Origin: Sphingomonas sp.
GTDB lineage: Bacteria > Pseudomonadota > Alphaproteobacteria > Sphingomonadales > Sphingomonadaceae
Assembly (NCBI GenBank): GCA_043778785.1
Contig: JAYWFN010000283.1
Location: forward strand, 18,060 to 82,059
Direction of reading: 5' to 3'
Length of the DNA stretch: 64,000 bases
Shown here: piece by piece, positions 35,454 to 45,534 of the stretch
Layout: each line of letters starts with the position of its first letter
Position numbering within the stretch: the stretch's first letter is position 1
Notes under the pieces: generated by a model
What the model was told of the DNA's origin: nothing
The model's input: the letters and a program-made list of their open reading frames with translations, nothing else
Database searches by the model: none
Translations under genes and position numbers: made by a program

Positions 35454-37871
35454 TCAGACTTTCATCTTGGCATTATCGGGATCATAGGCGGGCTGCGCGA
35501 GCACTGTCGCCATCCGCCGTTCGCCTTGAAGATAAAGGTCGAACGTTGATCCCGGCGTGGCATTTTCATGCGGCACACAAGCAAAGAACAAGCTCTTGCC
35601 GACACGGTGTCCGTATCCGCCCGATGTGGTCAGGCCAATGCAATTTTCGCCGACCAGACACGGCTCGGCCCCGCGCACATCGACGTCGTGTGCATCGACT
35701 TCGCCGTAAACGATCCGGAACCGGTCGGACGCATCGAGCGTCGCCTGCTTGCCGACAAAATCATCTTTCTTGAAATTGATGAACCGGTCCATATCCGCCT
35801 CGATCATCGTCAGCTCGTTGGTCAGTTCGGACCCCCACGCCTTGTAACCTTTTTCGACGCGCATCGTGTTGACCGCGTAGAGGCCGTAATTGGCAATGCC
35901 GAATGCCTGACCGGCTTGCCAGATCGCGTCGTAAAGCGCGGCGACGTCGCCGATCATCGGATGCAATTCCCAGCCGAGTTCACCGACATAGGACACCCGC
36001 AACGCGCGCATCATGTGGCCCGCAATCAAAATTTCCTGACCACTGAGCCAGCGGAACCCTTCGTTCGACAAATCGGCATCGGTCAGCGTCGCCAGCACAT
36101 CGCGCGAGCGCGGACCACTCACCACGATCACGCCGCGATCCTCGGTCACGTTCGTGATCGTCACATCCTCATGCGGCAACTTGCTCTGCATCATCAGGTC
36201 GAGGTCGCGCTGCTCGGCGGCGGCGGCCGAAAGGCAGTAGAAATGATCATCGGCGAACCGCGTCACGGTCATTTCGCCGTAAATCCGCCCCTGCCGTGAC
36301 AGCGGGTGGACAAGCCCTATCCCGCCCGCCTTTTTGGGCATCCGGTTCGCGCAAATCCGGTTGAGGAACGCCTCTGCATCGGGCCCTGTCACATCATATT
36401 TGGCAAAGCCCGTCAGATCGAGCACGCCGACACGCTCGGCCACCGCACGAACTTCTGCGGCGACTACTTCGAACACATTATTGCGACCGTAACCCGATAC
36501 TTCCGCGCGCCCGTCGAGCGAGAACCATTTCGGTCGTTCCCACCCAAAGGTTTCGCTGTGCACCGCGCCGGCCGCTTTCAACCGGTCATGCAGCGGCGAC
36601 ACTTTGCACGGCCGCCCGTCGGGCTCTTCCTCACCGGGCAACCGTGTGGTGAAGGTCAGGCGGTAATCGAGGAACACTTTTTCCCGGCTATAATCTTCGT
36701 CCGCAAACGCCCCGTAACGACGCGGGTCAAATTCGGTCATGTTGATGTCGGCGTCGCCATAGACAATCGACTGCGCTAGATATTTGCCCGACCCGCCACC
36801 CTGCGCGATGCCGAACGATGTCCCGCAGCACTGCCAGAAATTCTTGAGGCCCGCCGCTGGCCCGAGCAGCGGGCCACCGTCGGGCGTGTGCGGGATCGCA
36901 CCATTGACGATCCGACGGATGCCAACCTCGCCAAAGATCGGCATGCGTTCGATGGCACGTTCAAGCCATTTCGAAATCCGGTCGAGATCATCAATGAAAA
37001 GCTCGCTTGTCGATGCCCATTCGGGCTGACCCTTGGGCGCCCAAGCCTCGGCCAGACCGATGTTTTCATAGATACCGATCAGTCCGCTTTTCTGCTCCTG
37101 CCGGAAATAACCCGAGACATAGGGGCAGCGCATGACGGGGATTTCGCCGTCGCGGTCCATGAATGCCTGGATCGGATCGGTGACAACATAATGATGTTCC
37201 ATGTTGGTCACCGGAATGTCGATACCCGCCATCTGCGCCACTTGCCGCGCGTAACAGCCTGCTGCGTTCACGACGATCTCGGCGCGCACGGTGCCCTCGT
37301 CGGTGATCACATCCCATTCGCCGGTCGGCAGTTGCGTCAGACCCGTCACGAGTGTTTTGCGGATAATCGTTGCGCCCAAGTTCTTTGCGCCGATTGCCAT
37401 TGCGTTGCACAGGCCTGAAGGATCGGCATGACCGTCGCTGGTGGTGTAAGCGCCGGCAATCACGCCTTCAGTGGTCATGAATGGATTGATACGGCGGATT
37501 TCTTCCGGCGGGATGATCTCCATGTCAAACCCGATAATTTTCGAATAGCCGTGGATATATTTGAACCAAGCCAGCTCGCGCTCATTCGTCGCAAGGCGGA
37601 TGCCGCCCGATTTGTGCCAGCTGACATACTGCCCCGTCAGCCCCTCCAGCCGGGGATAGAGATCGTTGCTGTAAGCATGGATTTTAGCAAGATTATAGCT
37701 GCCCGTAATACTCGGACACTGCCCCGCTGCGTGCCACGTCGAGCCCGACGTGAGTTCATCTTTTTCGATCAGCATGCAGTCAGTCCAGCCCAGCTCGGCC
37801 AGATGATAAAGCAGTGACGCACCCATGATGCCGCCCCCGATTATGACCACACGCGCGCTTGTTTTCATCAT
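35454..37871 (-). CDS. FAD-dependent oxidoreductase fused to a GcvT-type domain (dimethylglycine/sarcosine dehydrogenase family), copy 2
   Basis: 805 aa. Has VVIIGGGIMGASLLYHL...TSGSTWHAAGQCP and a C-terminal VSYVGELGWELHP. A 4-nt gap separates it from copy 1. Confidence 0.85.
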   Translation of the reverse strand: MMKTSARVVIIGGGIMGASLLYHLAELGWTDCMLIEKDELTSGSTWHAAGQCPSITGSYNLAKIHAYSNDLYPRLEGLTGQYVSWHKSGGIRLATNERELAWFKYIHGYSKIIGFDMEIIPPEEIRRINPFMTTEGVIAGAYTTSDGHADPSGLCNAMAIGAKNLGATIIRKTLVTGLTQLPTGEWDVITDEGTVRAEIVVNAAGCYARQVAQMAGIDIPVTNMEHHYVVTDPIQAFMDRDGEIPVMRCPYVSGYFRQEQKSGLIGIYENIGLAEAWAPKGQPEWASTSELFIDDLDRISKWLERAIERMPIFGEVGIRRIVNGAIPHTPDGGPLLGPAAGLKNFWQCCGTSFGIAQGGGSGKYLAQSIVYGDADINMTEFDPRRYGAFADEDYSREKVFLDYRLTFTTRLPGEEEPDGRPCKVSPLHDRLKAAGAVHSETFGWERPKWFSLDGRAEVSGYGRNNVFEVVAAEVRAVAERVGVLDLTGFAKYDVTGPDAEAFLNRICANRMPKKAGGIGLVHPLSRQGRIYGEMTVTRFADDHFYCLSAAAAEQRDLDLMMQSKLPHEDVTITNVTEDRGVIVVSGPRSRDVLATLTDADLSNEGFRWLSGQEILIAGHMMRALRVSYVGELGWELHPMIGDVAALYDAIWQAGQAFGIANYGLYAVNTMRVEKGYKAWGSELTNELTMIEADMDRFINFKKDDFVGKQATLDASDRFRIVYGEVDAHDVDVRGAEPCLVGENCIGLTTSGGYGHRVGKSLFFACVPHENATPGSTFDLYLQGERRMATVLAQPAYDPDNAKMKV

Positions 37872-38027
37872 GACTTAATGTGCTCAATGGCTGACAGGCT
37901 ACAAAGTTAGTGCGAATGCCCAACGGGGCACAAATTAGGATTTAGGGCGGATTGGCTCAAAAAATTTCAGGATTAATGCCAAAACTTTCAATTGTAGCGT
38001 TTATCCCCCAGCGATTTAGTCCGGCCT

Positions 38028-38981
38028 ATGAAAATAGGTTTTATCGGACTCGGCAATGTCGGCGGAAAGCTGGCGGGAAGCCTTATTCGAAATGGTCATG
38101 ATGTCATCGTCCGCGATCTCGATGATGCGCTGGTCGATGATTATGTTGCACGGGGTGCTGTTGCCGCCGCCACACCGAAGGCACTGGGCGAAGTCGCCGA
38201 CCTGATTATCACCTGCTTACCCTCGCCCGCTGCCAGCGCTGCGGTCGCAGAGGGCAACGACGGCTTTCTTGAGGTCATGCGCCCGGGTCAGGTCTGGCTC
38301 GAAATGAGCACAACCGACCACAGCGAGATCATCCGCCTCGGGGCGCTGGTCGAGGCGCGGGGCGCGATGATGATGGAATGTCCGGTGTCCGGCGGCTGTC
38401 ACCGCGCCGACACCGGCAATATCGCGATCTTCGCCGGCGGTGCCCGTGAGGCCTTCGAGTTTGTGCTGCCCATCCTCACGACAATGGGCCGCCGCATCCT
38501 TCATACCGGACCACTGGGCACGGCGTCGCAGCTGAAAGTGATGACGAACTATCTTTGCACCGTCCACCTTGTGGCGCTCGCCGAGGCACTGACGGTTTGT
38601 AAGGCAGCGGGGATGGACATGAATACCACCTATGAAGCGATCCGCATCTCGTCGGGCAACAGCTTCGTCCACGAAACCGAAAGCCAGGTGATCCTGAACG
38701 GCAGCCGCGATATCAACTTTACGATGGACCTTGTCAGCAAAGACGTCGGGCTGTTCGATGCAATCGCGCAGCAGCATCACGTGCCGGTTGAGCTATCGCC
38801 GCTGATCGTGAGCATTTTCAAGGACGGTGAAGCGCGCTTTGGCCCCCGCGAACATAGCCCCAACATCATTCGCCGTTATGAAGAACCACTGGGGATCAAA
38901 GTGCTCGGCACCGGATTTCCGGCAGAAATGGTCGACGATGAACCCGAAGCCCCGGGCTATGAGGTTGTGCCAAAGCGGTAG
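38028..38981 (+). CDS. NAD(P)-dependent oxidoreductase, 3-hydroxyisobutyrate dehydrogenase family
   Basis: 317 aa. Has the Rossmann N-terminus MKIGFIGLGNVGGKLAGSL. Confidence 0.75.
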   Translation: MKIGFIGLGNVGGKLAGSLIRNGHDVIVRDLDDALVDDYVARGAVAAATPKALGEVADLIITCLPSPAASAAVAEGNDGFLEVMRPGQVWLEMSTTDHSEIIRLGALVEARGAMMMECPVSGGCHRADTGNIAIFAGGAREAFEFVLPILTTMGRRILHTGPLGTASQLKVMTNYLCTVHLVALAEALTVCKAAGMDMNTTYEAIRISSGNSFVHETESQVILNGSRDINFTMDLVSKDVGLFDAIAQQHHVPVELSPLIVSIFKDGEARFGPREHSPNIIRRYEEPLGIKVLGTGFPAEMVDDEPEAPGYEVVPKR

Positions 38982-38983
38982 GG

Positions 38984-39904
38984 TTAACTGAGTGCCGTTG
39001 CGTGTCCGGCGACCCAGTCCATAAACGTCCGCACCCGCACATTTTCTTTCATGTCCTTGCGACAGATCAGACCCCATTCGCCGGGACACACCGCATAGTG
39101 CTCGACGGGCTTCACGAGCCGCCCGCTCGCCAGATCCTGATCGACAAAAGGCCCGTTGACGAGCGCAATAGCCTCTCCATCGAGCGCCAGCTCGAGCGCA
39201 ACCGCCAGCGTATCAACAACCATGTGCGGCGATGCCGGATCGAATTCGAGGCCGGTGGACGCAAACCATGTCTCCCAATTGCGCACTTCGGTATAGATCG
39301 CAACGAGCGGCTGATCGAGCAGATCGGCCGGTTTGGGCTTGGCCCCTATCCTGGTCGCCAGCGCTGGGCTGCATACGGGAAACAGGCTATATTCGAACAG
39401 TGGCACCCAGTGATATCGGGCGGGATCGGGCATAGTCTCGCAATAGACCAGCCCGACATCGGCATGGACCTCGTCAAATTCCCACTCGACCGCGCACGTG
39501 CTCAGCGTCAGCTTCACCTTGGGATTTTCCTGCAAAAACAGTGGCACACGCTTTGCCAGCCAGCGGATCGATGCCGTCACGTACGTCTGAACCCGCAGCG
39601 GCTTGTCGAGTGTGTTGCGATGGACCGCTTCCACGCCTTCGATCAGCGATTCAAATGCTGCGCGGACATAGGGGTAAAGAACGCGGCCTTCTTCGGTCGA
39701 GATGATATGGCGACCACTTTGCGCAAACAGCTGGACGCCAAGCGCATCCTCGATGAGTTGAACCTGATGGCTGACGGCCGGGTGGGTCAGGCACAACTCG
39801 TCGGCGGCATCACGGATACTCTGGCGGCGCGTTGCAGCTTCAAACCCTTTAAGCGCCTTGAGCGGTGGCAACTGCCGGAGGTCGATTTTGGTTTGGCTCG
39901 ACAT
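38984..39904 (-). CDS. LysR-family transcriptional regulator (GcvA-like)
   Basis: 306 aa. LPPLKALKGFEAATRRQSIRDAADELCLTHPAVSHQVQLIEDALGVQLF is a LysR winged-HTH. Confidence 0.88.
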   Translation of the reverse strand: MSSQTKIDLRQLPPLKALKGFEAATRRQSIRDAADELCLTHPAVSHQVQLIEDALGVQLFAQSGRHIISTEEGRVLYPYVRAAFESLIEGVEAVHRNTLDKPLRVQTYVTASIRWLAKRVPLFLQENPKVKLTLSTCAVEWEFDEVHADVGLVYCETMPDPARYHWVPLFEYSLFPVCSPALATRIGAKPKPADLLDQPLVAIYTEVRNWETWFASTGLEFDPASPHMVVDTLAVALELALDGEAIALVNGPFVDQDLASGRLVKPVEHYAVCPGEWGLICRKDMKENVRVRTFMDWVAGHATALS

Positions 39905-39968
39905 ACATCCCCTCTCCCAAGGCTATGTTGTATGCCGTTCAGCGGTTGGCGCAACCGGTAAAAGAAAT

Positions 39969-41606
39969 TTACGCGTCAGATTTGCGGCGACGTGCGTCTT
40001 CAAGGATCATTGCCGCGCCTTTTTCCGCCACCATCACGGTCGGCGCGTTGATGTTGCCAGACGTGATGTTGGGGAAGATCGAGGCATCAACCACGCGCAA
40101 GCCATCAATGCCGTGGACACGAAGGCGGGCATCGACAACCGATGTCGCCGCATCGGGCCCCATCATGCAGGTCGAGCTTGGATGATAAACCGTATCCGCG
40201 CGGCTGCGGAAATCATGCAGCAGGTCGTCGTCACCCTGAAGATGCGCACCGGGCATCAGCTCCTCGGTGATGATGTCGGCGAGTGGAGCCTGCGCCGCCA
40301 GCGCACGAAGCAACCGGATGCCGGCACGCGCCTCTGCCACGTCGTGATCAGTCGAAAGATAATGGGGCTGGATCAGCGGATATTCGAACGGATCGGGCGA
40401 CGTAATCTGCAAATGCCCACGGCTCGTTGGGCGACAGCTGTTGAACGAAAGCAGGAACGCCGAAAAAGGATCGGGGTTAAGCAGTTTGCGTTCGGACAGG
40501 GGACTTTTGGTGTAGCTCACTGGACTGAAATAGAGCTGTAAATTGACGCGCGGCTGATCTGCTGCGCTGCGGACAAAGCCACCGCCCTGATTAACGCTCA
40601 TCGACAAGGGGCCGCCGCGATTGAGGAGATAGTGCAGGCCTGCCCTGATCTTGCCGGTGAGCGGACCCAGCACATCATTCAGTGTCGGCACCGAGGTTTT
40701 GTAGAAATAGCTGACCGCGAGATGATCCTGCAGATTTTGCCCGACTGCCGGTGCGTCAATCAACGGCGTAATCCCAAGCGATCGAAGCAAAGCGCCATCG
40801 CCAATCCCCGAAAGCTGCAACAGCTGCGGCGAATTGATCGTGCCGCCGCACAGGATCACTTCGCACGATGCGCGCGCCTGCTGGATCTCGTTGTCGCGCC
40901 TATATTCAACGCCCACCGCACGTTTTCCTTCAAACAGGATGCGCGTCGCGTGCGCTTTGGTGCGCAGCTCGACGGTGCCGTGCTTCAGGGCAGGCCGCAG
41001 ATATTCGTTCGCCGTGGAGGCGCGCCGCCCGTTGCGCGTGTTGATCTGGAAAACGCCGACCCCTTCGGACTGCGCGCCGTTGAAATCAGCTGTGGCCACA
41101 AACCCAAGCGCTTCGCCGGTTTCAACAAATGTCCGGCACAGCGGATGCGCACGCGCCGAAATGTCCGTGACATGCTGTGGTCCGCCCGCCCCGTGCCAGT
41201 CGCCGCTACCGTGGTCATGATCCTCCGCCTTGATGAAATAGGGCAGCACATCATCCCAGCCCCACCCGGCATTGCCCGCCGCTGCCCAGTCATCGAAATC
41301 ATGCGGCTGGCCACGGACATGCACCATCGCGTTGATCGAGCCTGATCCCCCGATCACTTTGCCGCGCGGCCAATAGCTGGTGCGGCCATTCAGGCCCGGA
41401 ACCGCTTGCGTATCATACATCCAGTTGACGCGGGCGTCGAAGAACGTGCGACCATAACCGATCGGCAGCTGGATCCAGACCGTGCGATCCGATCCACCTG
41501 CTTCGAGCAGCAACACGCGCGTTTTGCCGTCCGCCGACAGCCGATTGGCCACCACGCAACCGGCAGTCCCGGCACCAACAATCACATAGTCAAATTCTTC
41601 GTTCAT
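39969..41606 (-). CDS. GMC-family FAD oxidoreductase (choline dehydrogenase-like)
   Basis: 545 aa. Has FDYVIVGAGTAGCVVANRLSADGKTRVLLLEAGGSD and a C-terminal HPSSTCMMG...GLRVVDASIFP. Confidence 0.85.
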   Translation of the reverse strand: MNEEFDYVIVGAGTAGCVVANRLSADGKTRVLLLEAGGSDRTVWIQLPIGYGRTFFDARVNWMYDTQAVPGLNGRTSYWPRGKVIGGSGSINAMVHVRGQPHDFDDWAAAGNAGWGWDDVLPYFIKAEDHDHGSGDWHGAGGPQHVTDISARAHPLCRTFVETGEALGFVATADFNGAQSEGVGVFQINTRNGRRASTANEYLRPALKHGTVELRTKAHATRILFEGKRAVGVEYRRDNEIQQARASCEVILCGGTINSPQLLQLSGIGDGALLRSLGITPLIDAPAVGQNLQDHLAVSYFYKTSVPTLNDVLGPLTGKIRAGLHYLLNRGGPLSMSVNQGGGFVRSAADQPRVNLQLYFSPVSYTKSPLSERKLLNPDPFSAFLLSFNSCRPTSRGHLQITSPDPFEYPLIQPHYLSTDHDVAEARAGIRLLRALAAQAPLADIITEELMPGAHLQGDDDLLHDFRSRADTVYHPSSTCMMGPDAATSVVDARLRVHGIDGLRVVDASIFPNITSGNINAPTVMVAEKGAAMILEDARRRKSDA

Positions 41607-42790
41607 CTGACCGGGTGCTGGGTCATTTCGAGGTGGAGCATGGTCCCGGTGTAAGGGTTGGCGTCTGCAACCGCTTCGTCAAGTTCGACGCCGAGGCCTG
41701 GCGCGGTGGACGGAATGACATGGCCATCCTCGAACCGGATCGGCGTTTTCAGGATTTCGCTGTGGAAGCCGCCCCATGTCTCGATGCTTTCGAGGATCAG
41801 GAAATTGGGCGAACAGGTCGCAATCTGGATATTGGCCGCGCCGACGACGGGGCCACAATACAGATGCGGCGCGATCTGGGCATGATAGACTTCGGCCATT
41901 CCGGCAATTTTCTTGGCTTCGAGAATGCCGCCGACGCGCCCCAGATTCATCTGCAATATCGCGGCTGCGCCCGCTTTGAGCAGGCGTGCGAAATCATATT
42001 TCGTCGTAAGGCGCTCGCCGGTCGCAATCGGGATGCTCGTTGCGCGCGCAACCTTTGCCATCTCGTCGGGCGCGTCGGGCGGCACAGGCTCTTCGAGCCA
42101 CAGCGGATCATAAGGCTCGAGCCGCTTCGCAAGCCGGATGGCCCCGGCCGCTGTCATCTGGCCGTGCGTCCCGAATAACAGATCAGCTTTGGTGCCAACC
42201 GCTTCGCGCAGCTTCGCCGCAAACCGCTCGCACAGGTCGAGCGCTTCGAGCGACAATTGCCGTCCGTCAAATGCCGAGTACGGCCCCGCCGGGTCAAACT
42301 TCAGCGCCGTAAAGCCCTGCGCCAGATAGTCGACCGCCCGTTCCGCCGCGAGGTCGGGGTCGTGATAGACATCGCTTATGTCACCGGGGCGGGGATAAAT
42401 ATACGTATAGGCGCGCAGCCGCTCATGCACTTGCCCGCCAAGCAATTTGTAAACCGGCTTGTTCGCTTCCTTGCCGATAATGTCCCAGCACGCCATCTCG
42501 AGCGCGCTCAGGACGCCCATCAGCGTCAGGTCGGGATGCTGGGTAAAGCCGCTCGAATACACCCGCCGCCACAGTGTTTCGATATCGTGCGGATCATTGC
42601 CCGCCGCATAGCGCGCAAAAACATCCTCGATCATTTTTGCGACAAGATGCGGGTCGAACGGCACGCAGTATGCCTCGCCAATTCCCGAAACGCCCGTGTC
42701 TGTCGTCAGCTTGACGAACACGAAATAACGCCCGCCGAAATGGGGCGGTGGATTGCCGACAACGAACGTCTTGATGTCGGTCAGCTTCAT
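41603..42790 (-). CDS. Enolase-superfamily enzyme (mandelate racemase/muconate lactonizing enzyme family; specificity unknown)
   Basis: 395 aa. Has an N-terminal capping domain (MKLTDIKTFVVGN...VKLTTDTGVSGIGEAY) and a barrel with LEEP and ATGERL segments. ATGA overlaps at both ends. Confidence 0.8.
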   Translation of the reverse strand: MKLTDIKTFVVGNPPPHFGGRYFVFVKLTTDTGVSGIGEAYCVPFDPHLVAKMIEDVFARYAAGNDPHDIETLWRRVYSSGFTQHPDLTLMGVLSALEMACWDIIGKEANKPVYKLLGGQVHERLRAYTYIYPRPGDISDVYHDPDLAAERAVDYLAQGFTALKFDPAGPYSAFDGRQLSLEALDLCERFAAKLREAVGTKADLLFGTHGQMTAAGAIRLAKRLEPYDPLWLEEPVPPDAPDEMAKVARATSIPIATGERLTTKYDFARLLKAGAAAILQMNLGRVGGILEAKKIAGMAEVYHAQIAPHLYCGPVVGAANIQIATCSPNFLILESIETWGGFHSEILKTPIRFEDGHVIPSTAPGLGVELDEAVADANPYTGTMLHLEMTQHPVR

Positions 42791-44220
42791 GCCGGGTAGA
42801 AACCGTTGACCACTTTGATTTCAAGAAAGTCGTGAAGTCCAAACGCTCCCCATTCGCGACCATTGCCCGATTGCTTGTAACCGCCAAAGGGAGAACCATA
42901 ATCCTGGCCCGCGCCATTGATGTGGACACTGCCCGCCCGGATTTTGCCCGCAACCCGGCGCGCGCGGTCGATGTCGCCGCTCTGCACATAACCGGCGAGA
43001 CCGTAAGGCGAGTCATTGGCGATGGCGATGGCGTCGGCTTCATCGGTAAATGGGATCATGACCAGCACGGGGCCGAACACCTCCTCCTGCGCAATCGCCA
43101 TCTTGTTGTGGACGCCCGCAAAAACGGTTGGTTTCACATAATAGCCGTGGTCGAACCCGTCTGCCCGTCCGACCCCGCCAGCGACGGGAATAGCACCTTC
43201 ATCGATACCGACCTGAATCAGCCGCTGGATTTTGTCATATTGCAGCTTGCTGACCACGGGACCCAGATGCGGTCCCTTATCCTTTGGATCGCCCAGCTTG
43301 ACTGCGGATGCAACACGCGCGGCAATCGCGACCGCAGCATCATAAGCCGACGCCTCGACCAGCATCCGTGTTGGCGCGTTGCATGACTGACCAGCGTTTT
43401 CGAAACAATGCCGCACACCGCGCTCGACCGCCGCTTCAAGATCGGCATCGGCAAAGACGATATTGGCTGACTTTCCGCCAAGCTCCTGCGACACGCGCTT
43501 GACAGTGTCGGCGGCGGACTTGGCAACCTGTATCCCGGCGCGGGTTGATCCCGTGAAGGAGACCATGTCGACTTCGGCATGGCTCGTCAGGGCATCGCCG
43601 ATTGCTGCCCCCGTGCCGTGCACCATGTTGAATACGCCGGGCGCAAAGCCCGCTTCGTCGATGAATTCGGCAAACAGCTGGGCCGACAGTGGTGCGACTT
43701 CGCTTGGTTTCAGCACCATCGTGCAACCGACGACCAGCGCCGGGCCCACTTTGGCGGCCAGCTGGTTGATCGGCCAGTTCCACGGCGTGATCAGCACGCA
43801 GACACCGATCGGTTCATGGACCAGCGCACTGTTGCCGCCGATTCGGCTGGTCCACGCCATGTCGCGCGCGGCCTTGATCGTTTCCTTCAGGTGCCCCGGC
43901 CCGCATTCGGCCTGCGCATTGAACGACAGGTCATAGGGCGCACCCATTTCGGTCGAAATCGCAATGACCATTTCGTCATAGCGCCGCTCGAATATCGCGA
44001 TCAGTTTTTCGACAAGCGCAATCCGGTCATCCATTGGTAGCGCTGAATAGTCGTCGAATGCCGCCCGCGCCGCACGCACGGCTGCATCGACATCGTCGGG
44101 GCCGCACAGTGCGACCCGCGTGGCAATTTCTTCGGTCGCCGGATTGATGGCGTCGATTGTGCCGGTTGCTGTCAGCGGCAGCGCCCACGCGCCATCGATA
44201 TAGGATTTAAGCCGCTCCAT
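42787..44220 (-). CDS. NAD(P)+-dependent aldehyde dehydrogenase
   Basis: Has ELGGKSANIVF (catalytic Glu region) and FENAGQSCNAPTRMLV (catalytic Cys). I chose the start at MERLKSYIDGAW (44220); the track ORF start (44376) lies inside the MFS gene. Confidence 0.88.
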   Translation of the reverse strand: MERLKSYIDGAWALPLTATGTIDAINPATEEIATRVALCGPDDVDAAVRAARAAFDDYSALPMDDRIALVEKLIAIFERRYDEMVIAISTEMGAPYDLSFNAQAECGPGHLKETIKAARDMAWTSRIGGNSALVHEPIGVCVLITPWNWPINQLAAKVGPALVVGCTMVLKPSEVAPLSAQLFAEFIDEAGFAPGVFNMVHGTGAAIGDALTSHAEVDMVSFTGSTRAGIQVAKSAADTVKRVSQELGGKSANIVFADADLEAAVERGVRHCFENAGQSCNAPTRMLVEASAYDAAVAIAARVASAVKLGDPKDKGPHLGPVVSKLQYDKIQRLIQVGIDEGAIPVAGGVGRADGFDHGYYVKPTVFAGVHNKMAIAQEEVFGPVLVMIPFTDEADAIAIANDSPYGLAGYVQSGDIDRARRVAGKIRAGSVHINGAGQDYGSPFGGYKQSGNGREWGAFGLHDFLEIKVVNGFYPA

Positions 44221-44221
44221 C

Positions 44222-45523
44222 TCAGATATATCCCACCGCGCGTTTTTGGTCCTCGATAATGGTCTTTCCTGCCATCCAGTAATGCCATGCCGCCCAAAAT
44301 CCGGTCGGGGCCAGAAAAAGCAGCGCAAGGCGGAGCGACGCAGCATCCGCGCCACCGGGTCCAGCAAAATAATCACTGAGCCAGCCCACGCCTTGCGGCG
44401 CGATGATCAAGTTGAGCACATTTGCCGACAGCAGCGACACCGCGATGAACATCGCGCGCATCTTGCACGGCGCGAGATTCTGGATGAGCGCCATTGCTGG
44501 CCCTATGTAAAAATAGATCGCCGGAATGAATATCCACAACATCAGCGTCGCCGTCGACAGCGAGTGCGTATAATAAACGATGAACGACGGGATGGTCGCC
44601 GCCGCCGTCACGCCCGCGAGCAGCCAGACAATCCGGCGCGGATCCGTGAACGCCGGTCGCGCCAGCAACCAAGCCGTGAATAGCGACGCCGCGATGCCGG
44701 CAATCAAATGGATCGGGCCGACGACGGCACCTGCTTCGCCGACGCTCAGATTAAAGCTGCGCTGGAGAAATGTGGGTGTAAACCACATCAGACCCCAGCC
44801 CCAGAATGCCGAAACGCCACCGCCCATGACCATGTGAAATGCTGCCTTCTGCTTCCAAAGAAGGCGCATCGTTTCAGCGATAGTCGGTGTCGCATCATGC
44901 ACAACGGCGTCCAGTCGCCCGCGAACTGGTTCTTTGATGGTGAAATACACGATGGCCCCGACAAGCACGCCCGGTATCCCGAGCGCCAAGAACGCCGCCC
45001 GCCACCCGTAGGCATTGGCCACCGCACCTGCCATATCGGCACCGAGCCACGCCCCGATCGGCGCACCGAGCGCAAAAACCGTCATCGCCATCGGCCGGCG
45101 GTTCGCGGGAAAATAGTCGGCCACAATCGAGTTGCATGCAGGCGTTCCACCGGCTTCGCCGACGCCCACACCGATGCGCGCGAGCAACAGCTGCCAATAG
45201 CCTTGCGAAAGCCCGCAAAGCGCGGTCATCGCCGACCAGATGACAAGCGATGCGGCCAGTAAGTTCCGCCGGTTATGCCGATCCGCCACCCATGACAGCG
45301 GAATACCAAGCGTCACGTAAAACAGCGCGAGTGACACACCCGTCAGAAACGCAATGCCGCCGTCGGTCAGTTTGAGTTCGAGCCGGATCGGTTCGAGCAC
45401 TGTCGACATGACATAACGGTCAGCGATATTGATCGTATAGACCAGCATCATGATGATCAGCACATACCAGCGCTCGCCGACCGAGTGGGTCTCGTTGGGG
45501 ATTGTTGCACTCGTCGTCGCCAT
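44222..45523 (-). CDS. MFS transporter
   Basis: 433 aa with about 12 hydrophobic segments. Has ADRHNRRNLL in the loop 2-3 motif position. Confidence 0.8.
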   Translation of the reverse strand: MATTSATIPNETHSVGERWYVLIIMMLVYTINIADRYVMSTVLEPIRLELKLTDGGIAFLTGVSLALFYVTLGIPLSWVADRHNRRNLLAASLVIWSAMTALCGLSQGYWQLLLARIGVGVGEAGGTPACNSIVADYFPANRRPMAMTVFALGAPIGAWLGADMAGAVANAYGWRAAFLALGIPGVLVGAIVYFTIKEPVRGRLDAVVHDATPTIAETMRLLWKQKAAFHMVMGGGVSAFWGWGLMWFTPTFLQRSFNLSVGEAGAVVGPIHLIAGIAASLFTAWLLARPAFTDPRRIVWLLAGVTAAATIPSFIVYYTHSLSTATLMLWIFIPAIYFYIGPAMALIQNLAPCKMRAMFIAVSLLSANVLNLIIAPQGVGWLSDYFAGPGGADAASLRLALLFLAPTGFWAAWHYWMAGKTIIEDQKRAVGYI

Positions 45524-45534
45524 CTGTGCGCCCT

